This document shows positions 1 to 10,306 of a DNA stretch of 64,000 nt, piece after piece (position 1 is the first letter of the stretch; each line of letters begins with the position of its first letter). Location of the stretch: contig JAZNYX010000017.1 of NCBI GenBank assembly GCA_045594665.1, positions 1,575-65,574 on the forward strand, written 5' to 3'. This DNA is from Clostridia bacterium. GTDB taxonomy: Bacteria; Bacillota; Clostridia; UMGS1883. The notes beneath the pieces are model-generated. The model was not told the origin of the DNA. It did no database searches and worked only from the letters and a program-made list of their open reading frames with translations. Position numbers and translations under genes: made by a program.

Positions 1-224
1 AAGCTCTTATAAAGAATATATTCAGGATTCTGTTTTCGGGAGCAGGTGCACTTTTGGTGTTTATGCTGTTTAAGCTCGCTTGCCCTCATATAACAAGCGG
101 AAAGATATCGTTTTTAATCCCTCTTATAATCTGCGGCGGCGTATATTGCACAGGACTTTTGGTAAGCGGTATTGTTAAAGTAATATTAAAGGGTACAAAG
201 GCGGATAACCGCAGTAAGGAGTAA
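1..224 (+). CDS. 3' end of a membrane protein gene (partial), possibly a MurJ/MviN-type flippase
   Basis: Frame starting at nt 3 is open and hydrophobic (ALIKNIFRILFSGAGALLVFMLF...) up to TAA at 222-224. The family is a guess from its position next to a DUF5693-like gene. Confidence 0.45.
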   Translation, partial: ALIKNIFRILFSGAGALLVFMLFKLACPHITSGKISFLIPLIICGGVYCTGLLVSGIVKVILKGTKADNRSKE

Positions 225-228
225 CAAA

Positions 229-2256
229 ATGTCAAAGAGAAACTTTTTTGTAAGAATAGCAATAATTATTATTCTGACGGTGATGCTTGTACCGACATTT
301 GCGGTGCGTGTGAGAAATGAAAGTGAAAATAAGGATGTTGTTTTTGCTCTCAATTACAATAATTCACGTATGGTTTTAAGCGACGAGGAATTTGATGAAA
401 CCCTTGAAGAAAACAAAAAAATGGGCGTGAATACTCTGCTTATCGGGGAGGAAAGTCTTAACTCCATGATAAATGCAGGCTATGTTACTGCAATAAGATA
501 CAATGTGCTTTGTCATAAGTATGATGATGAAAGCGAAGATATAATTAAGCTTCTTAAGGGAAATTCCAAAATTCATAACGACAGCTACGTTCTCATTACA
601 AAACGTGCAGATGTAAAAGAATATCTTAACAAGTGGATCCCCTCAAAATATAACGAAACAGAATATGTTAAAAAGGAAACGTCTCTTGATGCAGATGTGT
701 ACGTTCTTTACGAAGGAATCTCTGATGCGTGGAAGGTTACAATGGGCTTTGATGAAGAAAAGATTGAATATGCCCATAAAAAGGGATTTAATATAGCTCT
801 TTCCATGATGGTCGGTGCATATTCCGATACCCGCTATATTGATTATATAAAAGAGATTGTAGAAAAGTATAATGTAAAATTTATCAATCTTAAAGAGGGG
901 CATAAGGACGAGAGTCAGGCAGAATTTGCAGAAAAGAACTATAAAGGTCTTTGCAACCTCATAAAGGAAAAGAATCTAAACCTTATAGTGACGGAAACGC
1001 CCACCCAGCTTTCAAATCAGAAGCCCATAGGCTATGAGGAACTTATAAAGAGTGCAAAAGGCAGGGTAATGCGTGGCTATGACACTGTGGATTTCTTGGA
1101 TGAAAATAAGGGTCCTACTATCATAGAAAAAAGATATTATCAGATTCTCAACTCCGTAGTAGACAGAAACCTCAGGTTTGTGACGATTAATCAGCTTACC
1201 AACGGAACGGATACTTTTGGTGAAAAAAGCATGAAAACAAACTCGGCTACAGTGCAGATAATGAGTAAGCTTGAAGAAATAGGATATAACACAAAATCCT
1301 ATGATATGGTTTACGATTATGATGTTGACAGAAGGTTTGTCAGCACCGTGGCAATGGTTCTTATGATTGTGATGGGGCTTACAATAATAGAGTGGCTTTC
1401 GGGCAAGACATTAAAAAAGCTTAGAATTGTAGCGGGAATAGGCATGGCGCTCAGCGTAGGCTTCAGTTATAAAGCTCCCGAAACGGTCATTCTTTTGTAT
1501 CCCACATTGTTTGCTGCATTAGCTCCGTGCTTTGCAATAACGGCAGTGTTTGTGTTTGTAAAGCATTTTCGTGAAAAGCTTTCTTCTTTTGTATTAACAC
1601 TTTCCGCGGCGGCAGTTACGCTCGTTGTGCTTTTGTGGTGCGGCATGGTACAGACCTCACTTCTTTCGGGATTTGATTACTATATAAACTCAATCATATT
1701 CAGAGGAATTAAGCTTTCACTGATTGTTCCCATTTTGTACAGCATCGTGGCTTATGCCATGATATTTGCAAAGAAGGAAGAAAATTATTTTAGTGCAATT
1801 ATAAAGCTTCTCAATGCGGATATTAAGGTTTACTGGATGATAATTTTCGGTGCGGCAGCGGCGTTTGCAGGCATTTATCTTATCCGCAGCGGTAATGTAA
1901 CGGAGATTTCGGCTACTGAAAATCTGCTTCGTAATACTATTACCAATCTGATGACGGAGCGTCCCAGGACGAAAGAATTTTTAATCGGGTGGCCCTCCTT
2001 GATTCTGTTCCTTTATTATATAAAGAATACCGATATAAAACTCCTGCAGTGGGCATTTGCAGTAGGAAGCTCCATACTTTTTGCTTCCGTTATAAACAGC
2101 TTCTGCCATGTGTTCACAGGAGCGGGAATTATTTACACAAGAGTAATGAACGGCGTAATTATCGGAGCTTTTGTATGTGTGGGAGCGGTGATTTTCAATG
2201 CCGTTATTATAAAAGTTTTTCAATATGTTATAAAAAAGGGAAAAGAAAATGGCTAA
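229..2256 (+). CDS. DUF5693-like membrane protein (large extracellular N-terminal domain plus multi-TM C-terminus)
   Basis: 675 aa. N-terminal TM, C-terminal motifs FRGIKLSL, RPRTKEFLIGWP and NSFCH as recalled for this family. Confidence 0.7.
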   Translation: MSKRNFFVRIAIIIILTVMLVPTFAVRVRNESENKDVVFALNYNNSRMVLSDEEFDETLEENKKMGVNTLLIGEESLNSMINAGYVTAIRYNVLCHKYDDESEDIIKLLKGNSKIHNDSYVLITKRADVKEYLNKWIPSKYNETEYVKKETSLDADVYVLYEGISDAWKVTMGFDEEKIEYAHKKGFNIALSMMVGAYSDTRYIDYIKEIVEKYNVKFINLKEGHKDESQAEFAEKNYKGLCNLIKEKNLNLIVTETPTQLSNQKPIGYEELIKSAKGRVMRGYDTVDFLDENKGPTIIEKRYYQILNSVVDRNLRFVTINQLTNGTDTFGEKSMKTNSATVQIMSKLEEIGYNTKSYDMVYDYDVDRRFVSTVAMVLMIVMGLTIIEWLSGKTLKKLRIVAGIGMALSVGFSYKAPETVILLYPTLFAALAPCFAITAVFVFVKHFREKLSSFVLTLSAAAVTLVVLLWCGMVQTSLLSGFDYYINSIIFRGIKLSLIVPILYSIVAYAMIFAKKEENYFSAIIKLLNADIKVYWMIIFGAAAAFAGIYLIRSGNVTEISATENLLRNTITNLMTERPRTKEFLIGWPSLILFLYYIKNTDIKLLQWAFAVGSSILFASVINSFCHVFTGAGIIYTRVMNGVIIGAFVCVGAVIFNAVIIKVFQYVIKKGKENG

Positions 2257-3247
2257 TTATCTCACAACTCAAAAAGCGTTTAGAACACTGCTTCGCGGTG
2301 CGAGGACAGCTTCGTTTTCCCAGGCATATATTTTTGAAGGAATGAAGGGCATAGGAAAATATACTGCTGCAAGGATTTTTGCAAATGCAATTCATTGCAC
2401 GGGAGAAGTAAAGCCCTGCGGAGCGTGTCCCGATTGCAAAAAGCACAGTGCAAATACTCATCCCGACCTGATTATAATAGGTACAGGCGGAGAAACCGTT
2501 AAGGTGGAAGATATCAGAGGCATGAATGAGGAGCTTTATATAAAGCCTGCCTTGTCGGAGAAGAAGATTTGTATTATCAGAAATGCGGATAATATGAATC
2601 AGGATGCACAGAATGCACTTCTTAAATCCTTTGAAGAACCGCCCTCATATGCCGTTATAATACTTCTTTCGGAAAATGAGAAGAATCTTCTTCCTACCAT
2701 TCGTTCAAGGGGTAATAAGGTGATTTTCGAGCCGTTCTCAGAGCAGGAGATAGAAGAATATATTAAAAGGCAGTATCCCTTGAAAAAGGATATAATTCCT
2801 TTTATCGCCCTCTACAGCGGAGGTGTAATAGGAAGGGCAATATCCATTTGTGAGGATGAGGAATTTTTTGAAATAAGGAAAAAAATGTTTGAGGCAGTGT
2901 GCCGCATGACGGGAGAGAGGCTTTCAATATTTGGCGTGGCGGAGGTTTTCGGGATAAAAAGTCCGAAAGCAGGTTTTCAAAATTGTGATTTATATTTTGA
3001 TTTATTTACAAGCTTTATGCGTGACGTGATGGCAATAAAAACGGGAGCACGTATAATCAACGCGGATATGAAGGAACTTCTTGAATTGTTTTCGGCAAAG
3101 GTTACATTGTCGTCCGTGATAAGTATAATAGAAAGAACTGCAAATGTGCGTTCACAGCTTAATGTTTCAATGAAATATGATTTGTGGATTGTGAATTTGC
3201 TGATTAATTGTTGGGAGGATATCCATGGTAAAGGTAGTAGGAGTTAA
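2249..3247 (+). CDS. holB: DNA polymerase III delta' subunit
   Basis: Walker-like GMKGIGKYT, zinc motif C-x6-C-x2-C-x2-C (CTGEVKPCGACPDC), AQNALLKSFEEPP; lies directly upstream of a PSP1 gene. Confidence 0.9.
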   Translation: MANYLTTQKAFRTLLRGARTASFSQAYIFEGMKGIGKYTAARIFANAIHCTGEVKPCGACPDCKKHSANTHPDLIIIGTGGETVKVEDIRGMNEELYIKPALSEKKICIIRNADNMNQDAQNALLKSFEEPPSYAVIILLSENEKNLLPTIRSRGNKVIFEPFSEQEIEEYIKRQYPLKKDIIPFIALYSGGVIGRAISICEDEEFFEIRKKMFEAVCRMTGERLSIFGVAEVFGIKSPKAGFQNCDLYFDLFTSFMRDVMAIKTGARIINADMKELLELFSAKVTLSSVISIIERTANVRSQLNVSMKYDLWIVNLLINCWEDIHGKGSRS

Positions 3248-4100
3248 ATTTAAAGATACGGGAAAAGCATACTTTTTTGCACCCGGAAAATTTGAGCCCA
3301 AGGCGGGAGAGGCTGTAATTGTTGAAACCGCCCGCGGACTGGAGTACGGCATTGTGTCTATGTGTGCAAAGGAGGTTACGGAGGAAGAAATAGTAGCTCC
3401 TCTTAAGGAAATCGTAAGAATTGCAACACCCCAGGATAAGGCACAGGTGGAGAAAAACAAGAAAAAGGAAAAAGAGGCATTCCTTATTTGTGAGGAAAAA
3501 ATTGCTGCACACAAGCTGGATATGAAGCTTGTGGATGTTGAATATACCTTCGACGGAAATAAAATTCTGTTTTATTTCACCGCAGAAGGCAGAGTGGACT
3601 TCCGCGAGCTTGTAAAAGACCTTGCGGCGGTATTCAGAACACGCATAGAACTCAGGCAAATCGGAATCCGTGACGAGGCTAAAATGCTTGGCGGAATAGG
3701 CATATGCGGAAGAGGCCTTTGCTGCAGCACATATCTTGACGGATTTCATCCTGTATCCATTAAAATGGCTAAGGAGCAGGGGCTTTCCCTTAATCCCACA
3801 AAAATTTCGGGTAACTGCGGAAGACTTATGTGCTGCCTTAAGTATGAACAGAATTGTTATGACGAGTTCTATAAAATTGCACCCTCTGTTGGGGCTGTGG
3901 TTTCTACGCCTAAGGGAAAAGGCGTGGTTCAGAGTATTACCATGCTTAAAGGAATTGCAAAGGTAAAGCTTGATAACGAACTGGAATCTCAGCTTGTAGA
4001 AGTTAATTTTTCAGATATAAAGGTTATTAAAAACAATCATAAAAATGAAGATAAGTCAGAGACAGACATGAAAGCACTCAAAAAACTGGAGGAAAATTGA
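3225..4100 (+). CDS. ricT: PSP1-domain protein (RicT/YaaT)
   Basis: FYFTAEGRVDFRELVKDLA, GICGRGLCCS and KISGNCGRLMCCLKYE are typical YaaT motifs. Confidence 0.92.
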   Translation: MVKVVGVKFKDTGKAYFFAPGKFEPKAGEAVIVETARGLEYGIVSMCAKEVTEEEIVAPLKEIVRIATPQDKAQVEKNKKKEKEAFLICEEKIAAHKLDMKLVDVEYTFDGNKILFYFTAEGRVDFRELVKDLAAVFRTRIELRQIGIRDEAKMLGGIGICGRGLCCSTYLDGFHPVSIKMAKEQGLSLNPTKISGNCGRLMCCLKYEQNCYDEFYKIAPSVGAVVSTPKGKGVVQSITMLKGIAKVKLDNELESQLVEVNFSDIKVIKNNHKNEDKSETDMKALKKLEEN

Positions 4101-5059
4101 TGAAGATTGTGTTGCTTGATGCAGGCACCATGGGAAATGATATTGATTTTTCCTCACTTGACTCTTTGGGGGAGTGTGTAAAATACCATAATACACAGCC
4201 CGATGAAGTTGCCGAAAGAATAAAGGATGCGGATGCAGTAATAATCAACAAGGTTCTTTTGAATGAAACGGTGCTTCAGCATGCGGAAAACCTCAAGCTC
4301 ATATGCGTGTTTGCCATAGGGTATAACAATATTGATATTGAATATTGCAAAAAGCGAGGCATAAGAGTGCGTAACGTGCCGGGATATTGTGTGGAAAGCG
4401 TGTGTCAGCATACCTTTGCCATACTTTTTGCACTGCTTGAAAAACTGCGTTACTACGATGATTTCGTGAAAAACGGAGAGTATGCAAAAAGCGGACTGGC
4501 AAATCACCTCGGCAAGCCCTTTTTTGAAATCAGCGGCAAAAAATGGGGTATAATAGGCATGGGTGCTATTGGCAGAGAGGTTGCGGATTGTGCGGCGGCT
4601 TTTGGGGCAGAGGTTTGTTACAGCAGTATCAGCGGAAAAGTGAGGAAAGAAAAGTACGAAAATGTCCCCCTTGATACTCTTCTTCGGGAAAGTGATATAA
4701 TTTCCGTTCATGCACCGCTTAATGAAAAAACTATGAAGCTAATTGGTGCACCCGAGCTTAAAAAAATGAAAAAAACCGCCTACATTGTAAATGTGGGCAG
4801 AGGTGCAGTAATTGATGAAGCCGCCTTGGCAGATGCGATAAATAACGGTGAAATTGCGGGAGCGGCACTGGATGTATATACCGAGGAGCCGCCTATGGCG
4901 GATTCCCCGATTCTTTCAATAAAAGACCCGGAAAGAATTGTTTACACGCCTCATATTGCATGGGCAAGTGTGGAGGCACGCCAAAGGTGCGTGGATATGA
5001 CTGCGGAAAATGTGAAGGCTTTTATGGAAAACAGAAGCCTTCATGATGTATGGGAGTAG
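4100..5059 (+). CDS. D-2-hydroxyacid dehydrogenase (glycerate dehydrogenase-like)
   Basis: GIIGMGAIG Rossmann motif, VNVGRG, AALDV, TPHIAWAS. ATG at 4100 overlaps the upstream TGA. Confidence 0.9.
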   Translation: MKIVLLDAGTMGNDIDFSSLDSLGECVKYHNTQPDEVAERIKDADAVIINKVLLNETVLQHAENLKLICVFAIGYNNIDIEYCKKRGIRVRNVPGYCVESVCQHTFAILFALLEKLRYYDDFVKNGEYAKSGLANHLGKPFFEISGKKWGIIGMGAIGREVADCAAAFGAEVCYSSISGKVRKEKYENVPLDTLLRESDIISVHAPLNEKTMKLIGAPELKKMKKTAYIVNVGRGAVIDEAALADAINNGEIAGAALDVYTEEPPMADSPILSIKDPERIVYTPHIAWASVEARQRCVDMTAENVKAFMENRSLHDVWE

Positions 5060-5064
5060 GTTAG

Positions 5065-6015
5065 ATGATGACAGAAAATTTATTGGTTTCGCTTAGTGTG
5101 GTAGCCCCCCTTTTACTTTTAATGCTTTTAGGCGGATTCTTGCTTAGGGTACATGTGCTTGACAGCAGTACGGTCAAAAAGATGAACGGGGCAATTTTTA
5201 AGGCTTTTCTACCCGCGCTTATTTTTAATAATCTGTATAATTCCAATATTTCCGATATTAAAGATATCAGGGCGGGTGCGTTTGCCGCCGCAGTTTTAGG
5301 CGGTGCGTACATATTATCTATTGTACTGGTAATATTTCTTGAAAAGGATAATAAAAAACGCGGAGTAATGGCACAGGGAATATGCCGAAGTAATTTTGTT
5401 ATATTCGGATTGCCGCTTTGTCAGGCAATTTGCGGTGACTCTGTTTTAGGGAAAATCTCAATAGCCGTTGCAATTGTAATTCCCGTGATTAATGTGCTTG
5501 CTGTTGTATCCCTGGAGGTTTTCAGGGGGGAGAACGGTGGATTTAATATTAAGAAGATAGTAAAGGGCATTGTTAAAAATCCGCTTATTATTTCCTCCGC
5601 ACTGGGAATAATTGTACTTGTAAGCGGAATTAAGCTTCCGAAACTTGCACAGACAACCATTTCCGATGTTGCCAAGATTGCGACGCCGCTGGCACTTATT
5701 CTCTTAGGTGCATCGATTAATTTCAGCACTGTACGGGGAAATCTCAGACAGCTTATAATCACCATATCAGGAAAGCTTGTGATAGTCCCTCTGGTTGGAA
5801 TCACCCTTGCAACGATAATAGGAATGCGCGGAGGAGATTTGGCACTTCTTATTGCGGCGCTGGCTTCACCCACTGCCGTGTCCTCCTATCCTATGGCACT
5901 TCAAATGGACGGTGACGGGGATTTGGCGGCACAGATTGTGGCATTCAGCACAGTGATTTGTATAGTAACGGTATTTTTGTGGGTGTTTGCACTGAAACAA
6001 TTGGGTTTGATATAA
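5065..6015 (+). CDS. AEC (auxin efflux carrier) family transporter
   Basis: About 10 TM segments; RSNFVIFGLP, KNPLII and PTAVSSYPMA motifs. Confidence 0.85.
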   Translation: MMTENLLVSLSVVAPLLLLMLLGGFLLRVHVLDSSTVKKMNGAIFKAFLPALIFNNLYNSNISDIKDIRAGAFAAAVLGGAYILSIVLVIFLEKDNKKRGVMAQGICRSNFVIFGLPLCQAICGDSVLGKISIAVAIVIPVINVLAVVSLEVFRGENGGFNIKKIVKGIVKNPLIISSALGIIVLVSGIKLPKLAQTTISDVAKIATPLALILLGASINFSTVRGNLRQLIITISGKLVIVPLVGITLATIIGMRGGDLALLIAALASPTAVSSYPMALQMDGDGDLAAQIVAFSTVICIVTVFLWVFALKQLGLI

Positions 6016-6051
6016 TAAAAAACAGACTTCAAAACGAAGTCTGTTTTTTAT
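6015..6051. terminator. Bidirectional intrinsic terminator between the AEC gene and rnpB
   Basis: aaaaaaacagacttc-aaaac-gaagtctgtttttt between convergent genes. Confidence 0.85.
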
Positions 6052-6052
6052 A

Positions 6053-6386
6053 TGAGTAATCCTGTAAGCCGAGTTCTGTCGTTTAAAACGGTCATCTATC
6101 TACGCCGCATATCTCTATACGGCTCCAGCCGCCTTTCGGATTATAGGCCGGACAAGCCAATCCAGTCGGCGTTGCTTCGGATGGGGTTTACATGGCACAA
6201 AGCGTTACCGCAATGTCGGTGGGCTTTTACCCCACCTTTCCACCCTTACCTGCATAGCAGGCGGTTTATTTCTGTTGCACTTTCCTTAGAGTCGCCTCCA
6301 CCGGGATTTCTCCGGCATCCTGTCCTGCGAAGCTCGGACTTTCCTCACGGGCGAAAATTCGCCCCCGCGACCGCTCAGATTACTCA
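6053..6386 (-). ncRNA. rnpB: RNase P RNA
   Basis: Minus strand contains GAGGAAAGTCCGAG and ACAGAACTCGGCTTACAG (P4 halves). 5' TGAGTAATC pairs with 3' GATTACTCA. About 334 nt, downstream of nif3. Confidence 0.95.
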
Positions 6387-6400
6387 GTTTGTTAATGATA

Positions 6401-7189
6401 TCATAAAATATTGTCTGTGTCAACAAGCGGACTTATTTCCGCACTGCTGATAATTACTTCAAGCTCATTACCGAATTTCTCTGTAAGCCTGTCTTTAAAT
6501 ATTTCGGTGACAATTTTTTCGCAGTCAAAATGGCGTATTTCAATAAAATCAATGTTGTCACTTAGTTTAAGTGTGCTTGTTTCGTGATGCTTCAAATCTC
6601 CGGAAATGTAAACGTCAACGCCAAGGCTCATGGCAATTTCGACAAGCTCACCGCCTCCGCCACCGTTGCAAACTGCCACGGTTTTGATTTCTTTATCCTG
6701 CGTAAATGTGGAATAGAGCTTATCGAGGTGAAATTCTTCTTTGATTTTTTCGCAAAGCTTTTTTGCCGTAGTTCCTGTGGACGCCTTGCAAATTCTCGCC
6801 AAATTCCCCTCCATATTGCCTGTGGGTGTAAGACCTAACCTTTGGCATACCGTGTCGGTAAGCCCACCGGGTGCGCTGTCGGCGTTTGTGTGTGCACTGT
6901 AGATGCTTATATTATTTTCGAGTGCACTGATAAGCATTTCACCTGCATCAGTATTATCCGTAATGCTTTTTATGGGATTAAAGATTACGGGGTGATGCGT
7001 CACAATAAGCTGTGCGCCGATGTTGATTGCTTCCCTTACTACATTCTTATTGCAGTCAAGGCAGACTAAAATTTTTGTTACTTCGTTGTCGCACCTTCCG
7101 ACCAAAAGACCTATATTGTCAAAGTCCTCCGCATATTCGGGAGGAAATTCATTTTCAAGGCAGTTTGTTATTTCTAAAAGCTTTGTCAT
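6401..7189 (-). CDS. Nif3-like dinuclear metal-centre protein (YqfO/YbgI)
   Basis: DNIGLLVG, THHPVIF, YSAHTNAD, YISGDLKHH. Start moved to the ATG at 7189 using the RBS TAAGGAG. Confidence 0.9.
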   Translation of the reverse strand: MTKLLEITNCLENEFPPEYAEDFDNIGLLVGRCDNEVTKILVCLDCNKNVVREAINIGAQLIVTHHPVIFNPIKSITDNTDAGEMLISALENNISIYSAHTNADSAPGGLTDTVCQRLGLTPTGNMEGNLARICKASTGTTAKKLCEKIKEEFHLDKLYSTFTQDKEIKTVAVCNGGGGGELVEIAMSLGVDVYISGDLKHHETSTLKLSDNIDFIEIRHFDCEKIVTEIFKDRLTEKFGNELEVIISSAEISPLVDTDNIL

Positions 7190-7200
7190 TCCCATTCTCC

Positions 7201-7884
7201 TTATTTCGTTTCGGCTAAAAGCTTTTCATATTCAAGCTTTAAATTCTCATACTGCTCACGTTTTTCACCGCTTGCTGTTCCCATTTTTTCCAATATGCTG
7301 TTTATTTCATATAATCTGTATCTTACATAATCATAAAACAGGGGAGGTGTATTTTCTATCAGGTAAGGACCGATTTCCTTTTGTACATCAGTTAGTTTTG
7401 GGCTGTTTCCGCGAACGGCAAGAAGTGCCGTGTACATTTTATTGCCCTCACGGCAAACGGCTTCCTTTTCAATCACATATCCGTGAGTACAAAGATATTC
7501 TCTCAAATACTTATGTGCAGTCTGCATTTGCAATACGAAATATTTACAGCCCTTTTCATTTTCAAGTATTTCGGCAATGGTTTCTCCGCCCATGCCTGCA
7601 ATGATTGCACACTCTGCTTCGTTTTCCTTTATTGAGGAAAAACCGTCGGACAGTCTTGTTTGTACATTGCCCCAAACATTGAAAGCGGTAATGTTTTTTT
7701 CAGCCTGCATAAGAGGCCCTTTTTTAATGTCAGCGGCAATAATATTTTTTGCAATTCCTTTTTTAGCCAGGTAAATTGCTACATATGCATGGTCTGTTCC
7801 TATATCGCACAGTGAGGTGCAGGGAGGAACAAGCTCTGCGATCATTCTTAGTCTTGGAGTTAAATTTTTTTCAATGTTTAACAT
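7201..7884 (-). CDS. trmK: tRNA (adenine22-N1)-methyltransferase
   Basis: DIGTDHAYVAIYL, RLSDG, IIAGMGGETI; usual trmK-nif3 order. Start chosen using the GGAG RBS. Confidence 0.9.
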   Translation of the reverse strand: MLNIEKNLTPRLRMIAELVPPCTSLCDIGTDHAYVAIYLAKKGIAKNIIAADIKKGPLMQAEKNITAFNVWGNVQTRLSDGFSSIKENEAECAIIAGMGGETIAEILENEKGCKYFVLQMQTAHKYLREYLCTHGYVIEKEAVCREGNKMYTALLAVRGNSPKLTDVQKEIGPYLIENTPPLFYDYVRYRLYEINSILEKMGTASGEKREQYENLKLEYEKLLAETK

Positions 7885-7907
7885 ATCGGTCTCCATATAT
7901 CAAAAAT

Positions 7908-7965
7908 GTAGGGGTCGATGCCTACATCGACCCGAAAGCGGGCGGATGTGGGCATCCGCCCCTGC
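7908..7965. repeat. GTAG-type REP doublet (REPIN-like)
   Basis: gtaggggtcgatg-cct-acatcgaccc followed by gggcggatg-tggg-catccgcccctgc; same architecture as 16266-16314. Confidence 0.75.
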
Positions 7966-8014
7966 AAAGTTGAATTTTCATACATCTTTAATAAGACAGT
8001 CCGGGAATTTCAAC

Positions 8015-8452
8015 TCAGTTACACAGCTCTGCAACAACCTTATTAATAACCTTTCCGTCAGCCTTGCCCTTTAGCTCTGCCATAACGGTTTTCATAATCA
8101 TACCCTTGTTCTTTGTTGCAATAATATCGGCGAATTTTTCTGTAAGCAGTGCCTTAATTTCATCCTCGCCCATCTGAACCGGTGCATATTCCTTGATGAT
8201 TTCGTAATTTGTCTTATATTCCTCGAGCAAGTCGCTTCTTTCGGCAGGGCAGGTGTCAAGCTGTTCCTTTGCACTTTTAAGCTCCTTTAAAATAACGGCA
8301 TCTGTCATTTCTTCCGTGATCTCGTTACGAACACCGTTGTCAATGCCGTACTTTTTTACCGCTGCAATAAGTGAGGATATGACGTTCTTGCGAACCTTTT
8401 CCTGTGCCTTCATTGCGGCAATCATGTCTTTTTGTAAATTTTCAAGTGTCAT
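8015..8452 (-). CDS. GatB/YqeY domain protein
   Basis: LQKDMIAAMKA, GMIMKTVMAELKGKADGKVIN. ATG at 8452 preferred; the TTG at 8461 is possible. Confidence 0.88.
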   Translation of the reverse strand: MTLENLQKDMIAAMKAQEKVRKNVISSLIAAVKKYGIDNGVRNEITEEMTDAVILKELKSAKEQLDTCPAERSDLLEEYKTNYEIIKEYAPVQMGEDEIKALLTEKFADIIATKNKGMIMKTVMAELKGKADGKVINKVVAELCN

Positions 8453-8512
8453 TTCAAACAATCCTTTCAGTATTTAATGTTTTCTTTTTCGAAAGGCTGA
8501 CGTTGTCAGCCG

Positions 8513-9211
8513 TCAATTTGGCATCAGACCGCTGTCTGACATGCTTATAAATTTTTCTGCAGATGCGGCAATAATATGGTCTACCACATCAACACCTATT
8601 CCTTCAAGAATCGTGCAGAGCTGCCGAGTCACCCTTCTGTCATTTTCCGAAGCGTAAGCTCCCCCTGAAGGATGATTGTGTGCTAAAATTACAGCCGCAC
8701 TGTTGTGACGGAGAACACATTCCACAACCTTTCGGGGGTGAACGTTGGCATCGGAGACAGTACCTTCTTCTAAAATTTCAAAGGCAAGAATGTTTTTCTG
8801 GGAATCAAGGCAGATTACAGAGAATACCTCGCTTTTAAGGCAACCGATTTTTCCGCATACATACGTGCCTGCATCATATGATGTGGTAAGCTGCTTCTTG
8901 TCCCTTAGTGCAAGGGAGGCATAATATTGTGCTATGTGCGGAATCATTTTAATCAGTACCGCGCAATGGTAGCCTATTCCGTCTACACTGCACAGCTCCT
9001 CAAGTGAAGCATCAAAGACTGCCTTAGGGGTAGAGAACTTATCCAAAAGCTTATGCCCCAACGGATTTACATCCCCTTGCGGAATGGCATAAAAGAGTAA
9101 AAGTTCCAGTATTTCATGGTCTGCAAAGGAATTAAGTCCCTCGCCTAAAAATCGGTCCTTAACTCTTTTTCTGTGGTTTTTGTGAAGATGTGGTGTTTTG
9201 TCATCATGCAT
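8513..9211 (-). CDS. radC: RadC (JAB/MPN domain) protein
   Basis: HRKRVKDRF, HEILELLLFYAIP, JAB motif AHNHPSG...SEND...DHII. Confidence 0.9.
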   Translation of the reverse strand: MHDDKTPHLHKNHRKRVKDRFLGEGLNSFADHEILELLLFYAIPQGDVNPLGHKLLDKFSTPKAVFDASLEELCSVDGIGYHCAVLIKMIPHIAQYYASLALRDKKQLTTSYDAGTYVCGKIGCLKSEVFSVICLDSQKNILAFEILEEGTVSDANVHPRKVVECVLRHNSAAVILAHNHPSGGAYASENDRRVTRQLCTILEGIGVDVVDHIIAASAEKFISMSDSGLMPN

Positions 9212-9215
9212 AATA

Positions 9216-9782
9216 TCACTTGCCTGTAATTTCTAAAAATTCTTCTTTCGTCATCAGTGCATTCAGTGCGTCCAAAAGAGCGTTTACCGATATTTTTTCG
9301 GGGATGGACAGCCTTTTGCACAAAGACGAACGGGCGGCGGTGCAGTCAGCACCGCCGTACAGCCCCGTGTCATATAAATCCCATTTGGTAATTTTCTCTC
9401 CCTCAGATATAGGAGAGGAGTATTTTTTTAAGACCTCAATAAGTGCGTCCTTATCTATTCCCTCCACGCCCAGCTTGCCCTCTTTTGATGGGGAAGTTTT
9501 GCGTTTTTCTTTTCCGAAAATTTCGGGAATATAGGCATGGGTAATTTTGCCTTCCTGTACAAACCCCTTTATATGATTTCGTATCATAAAGCCTGCACGG
9601 TCAGAATCAGTCAGGATCAATATTCCGCGTTTCTTTGCAAGGGAGCATAGAAATTCACGCTTTTGCTTGTCCTTAAAGATTCTGAAGCCCTCCGTGGTAA
9701 AAACAGGGGAGGAACAGATTTCTTCAAGACGCATCTTATCGTACTTACCTTCTACAATAATGGCTTCTTTAATGTGTATCAT
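9216..9782 (-). CDS. rnmV: Ribonuclease M5-like TOPRIM/DUF4093 protein
   Basis: IIVEGKYD, LTDSDRAGFMIR, KEGKLGVEG. Confidence 0.8.
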   Translation of the reverse strand: MIHIKEAIIVEGKYDKMRLEEICSSPVFTTEGFRIFKDKQKREFLCSLAKKRGILILTDSDRAGFMIRNHIKGFVQEGKITHAYIPEIFGKEKRKTSPSKEGKLGVEGIDKDALIEVLKKYSSPISEGEKITKWDLYDTGLYGGADCTAARSSLCKRLSIPEKISVNALLDALNALMTKEEFLEITGK

Positions 9783-10306
9783 TAATCTGTTTCTATAAGA
9801 CCGTAGTTACCGTCTTTACGGCGGTAAACGATATCGGTTGTGTTTGTTTTAGCATTTGTAAACACAAAGAAATTATGACCCAGAAGGTTCATCTGAAGCA
9901 CTGCTTCCTCAGCACTCATCGGCTTAACGTGATGAGTTTTGGTTTTTACAATCTTAATGTCCGCTTCTTCCTCGGGAGCATCAAACAAAACATCAAATTC
10001 CTTGGAAACTCCTTCGCGAAGCTTTTTTGCAAGCCTTGTTTTATTCTTGCGAATCTGACGTGTAACAGAAGCTACCACATCATCTGCCGCATTATATACT
10101 TCTTCATTGCGTTCCTCGGCACGGTAAATCATATCTGCGGTGCGGATTGTAACTTCAACAATCATTTTATCCTTTTGCTCAGCTACCACAATGTCCGCAG
10201 AAGCTTCTTCGTCAAAGAATTTGCCCAGCTTGTCTATCTTTTTGATGAGCATATCCTTCTTTTCCCTGCCCAGTTCAACTTTTCTCAGATAAATGTTAGT
10301 TTTCAT
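9782..10306 (-). CDS. hpf: Ribosome hibernation promoting factor (long HPF)
   Basis: N-terminal S30AE domain and C-terminal KPMSAEEAVLQMNLLGHNFFVF...YRRKDGNYGLIE. Confidence 0.95.
   Translation of the reverse strand: MKTNIYLRKVELGREKKDMLIKKIDKLGKFFDEEASADIVVAEQKDKMIVEVTIRTADMIYRAEERNEEVYNAADDVVASVTRQIRKNKTRLAKKLREGVSKEFDVLFDAPEEEADIKIVKTKTHHVKPMSAEEAVLQMNLLGHNFFVFTNAKTNTTDIVYRRKDGNYGLIETD

Noticed and set aside
6052-6450. 132-aa ORF on the + strand
   Set aside because: It is antisense to the RNase P RNA gene, has no RBS and has no protein-like motifs.
8513-9211. radC as a marker of a mobile or anti-restriction island
   Set aside because: It is the full-length chromosomal type embedded among housekeeping genes (hpf, rnmV, yqeY).
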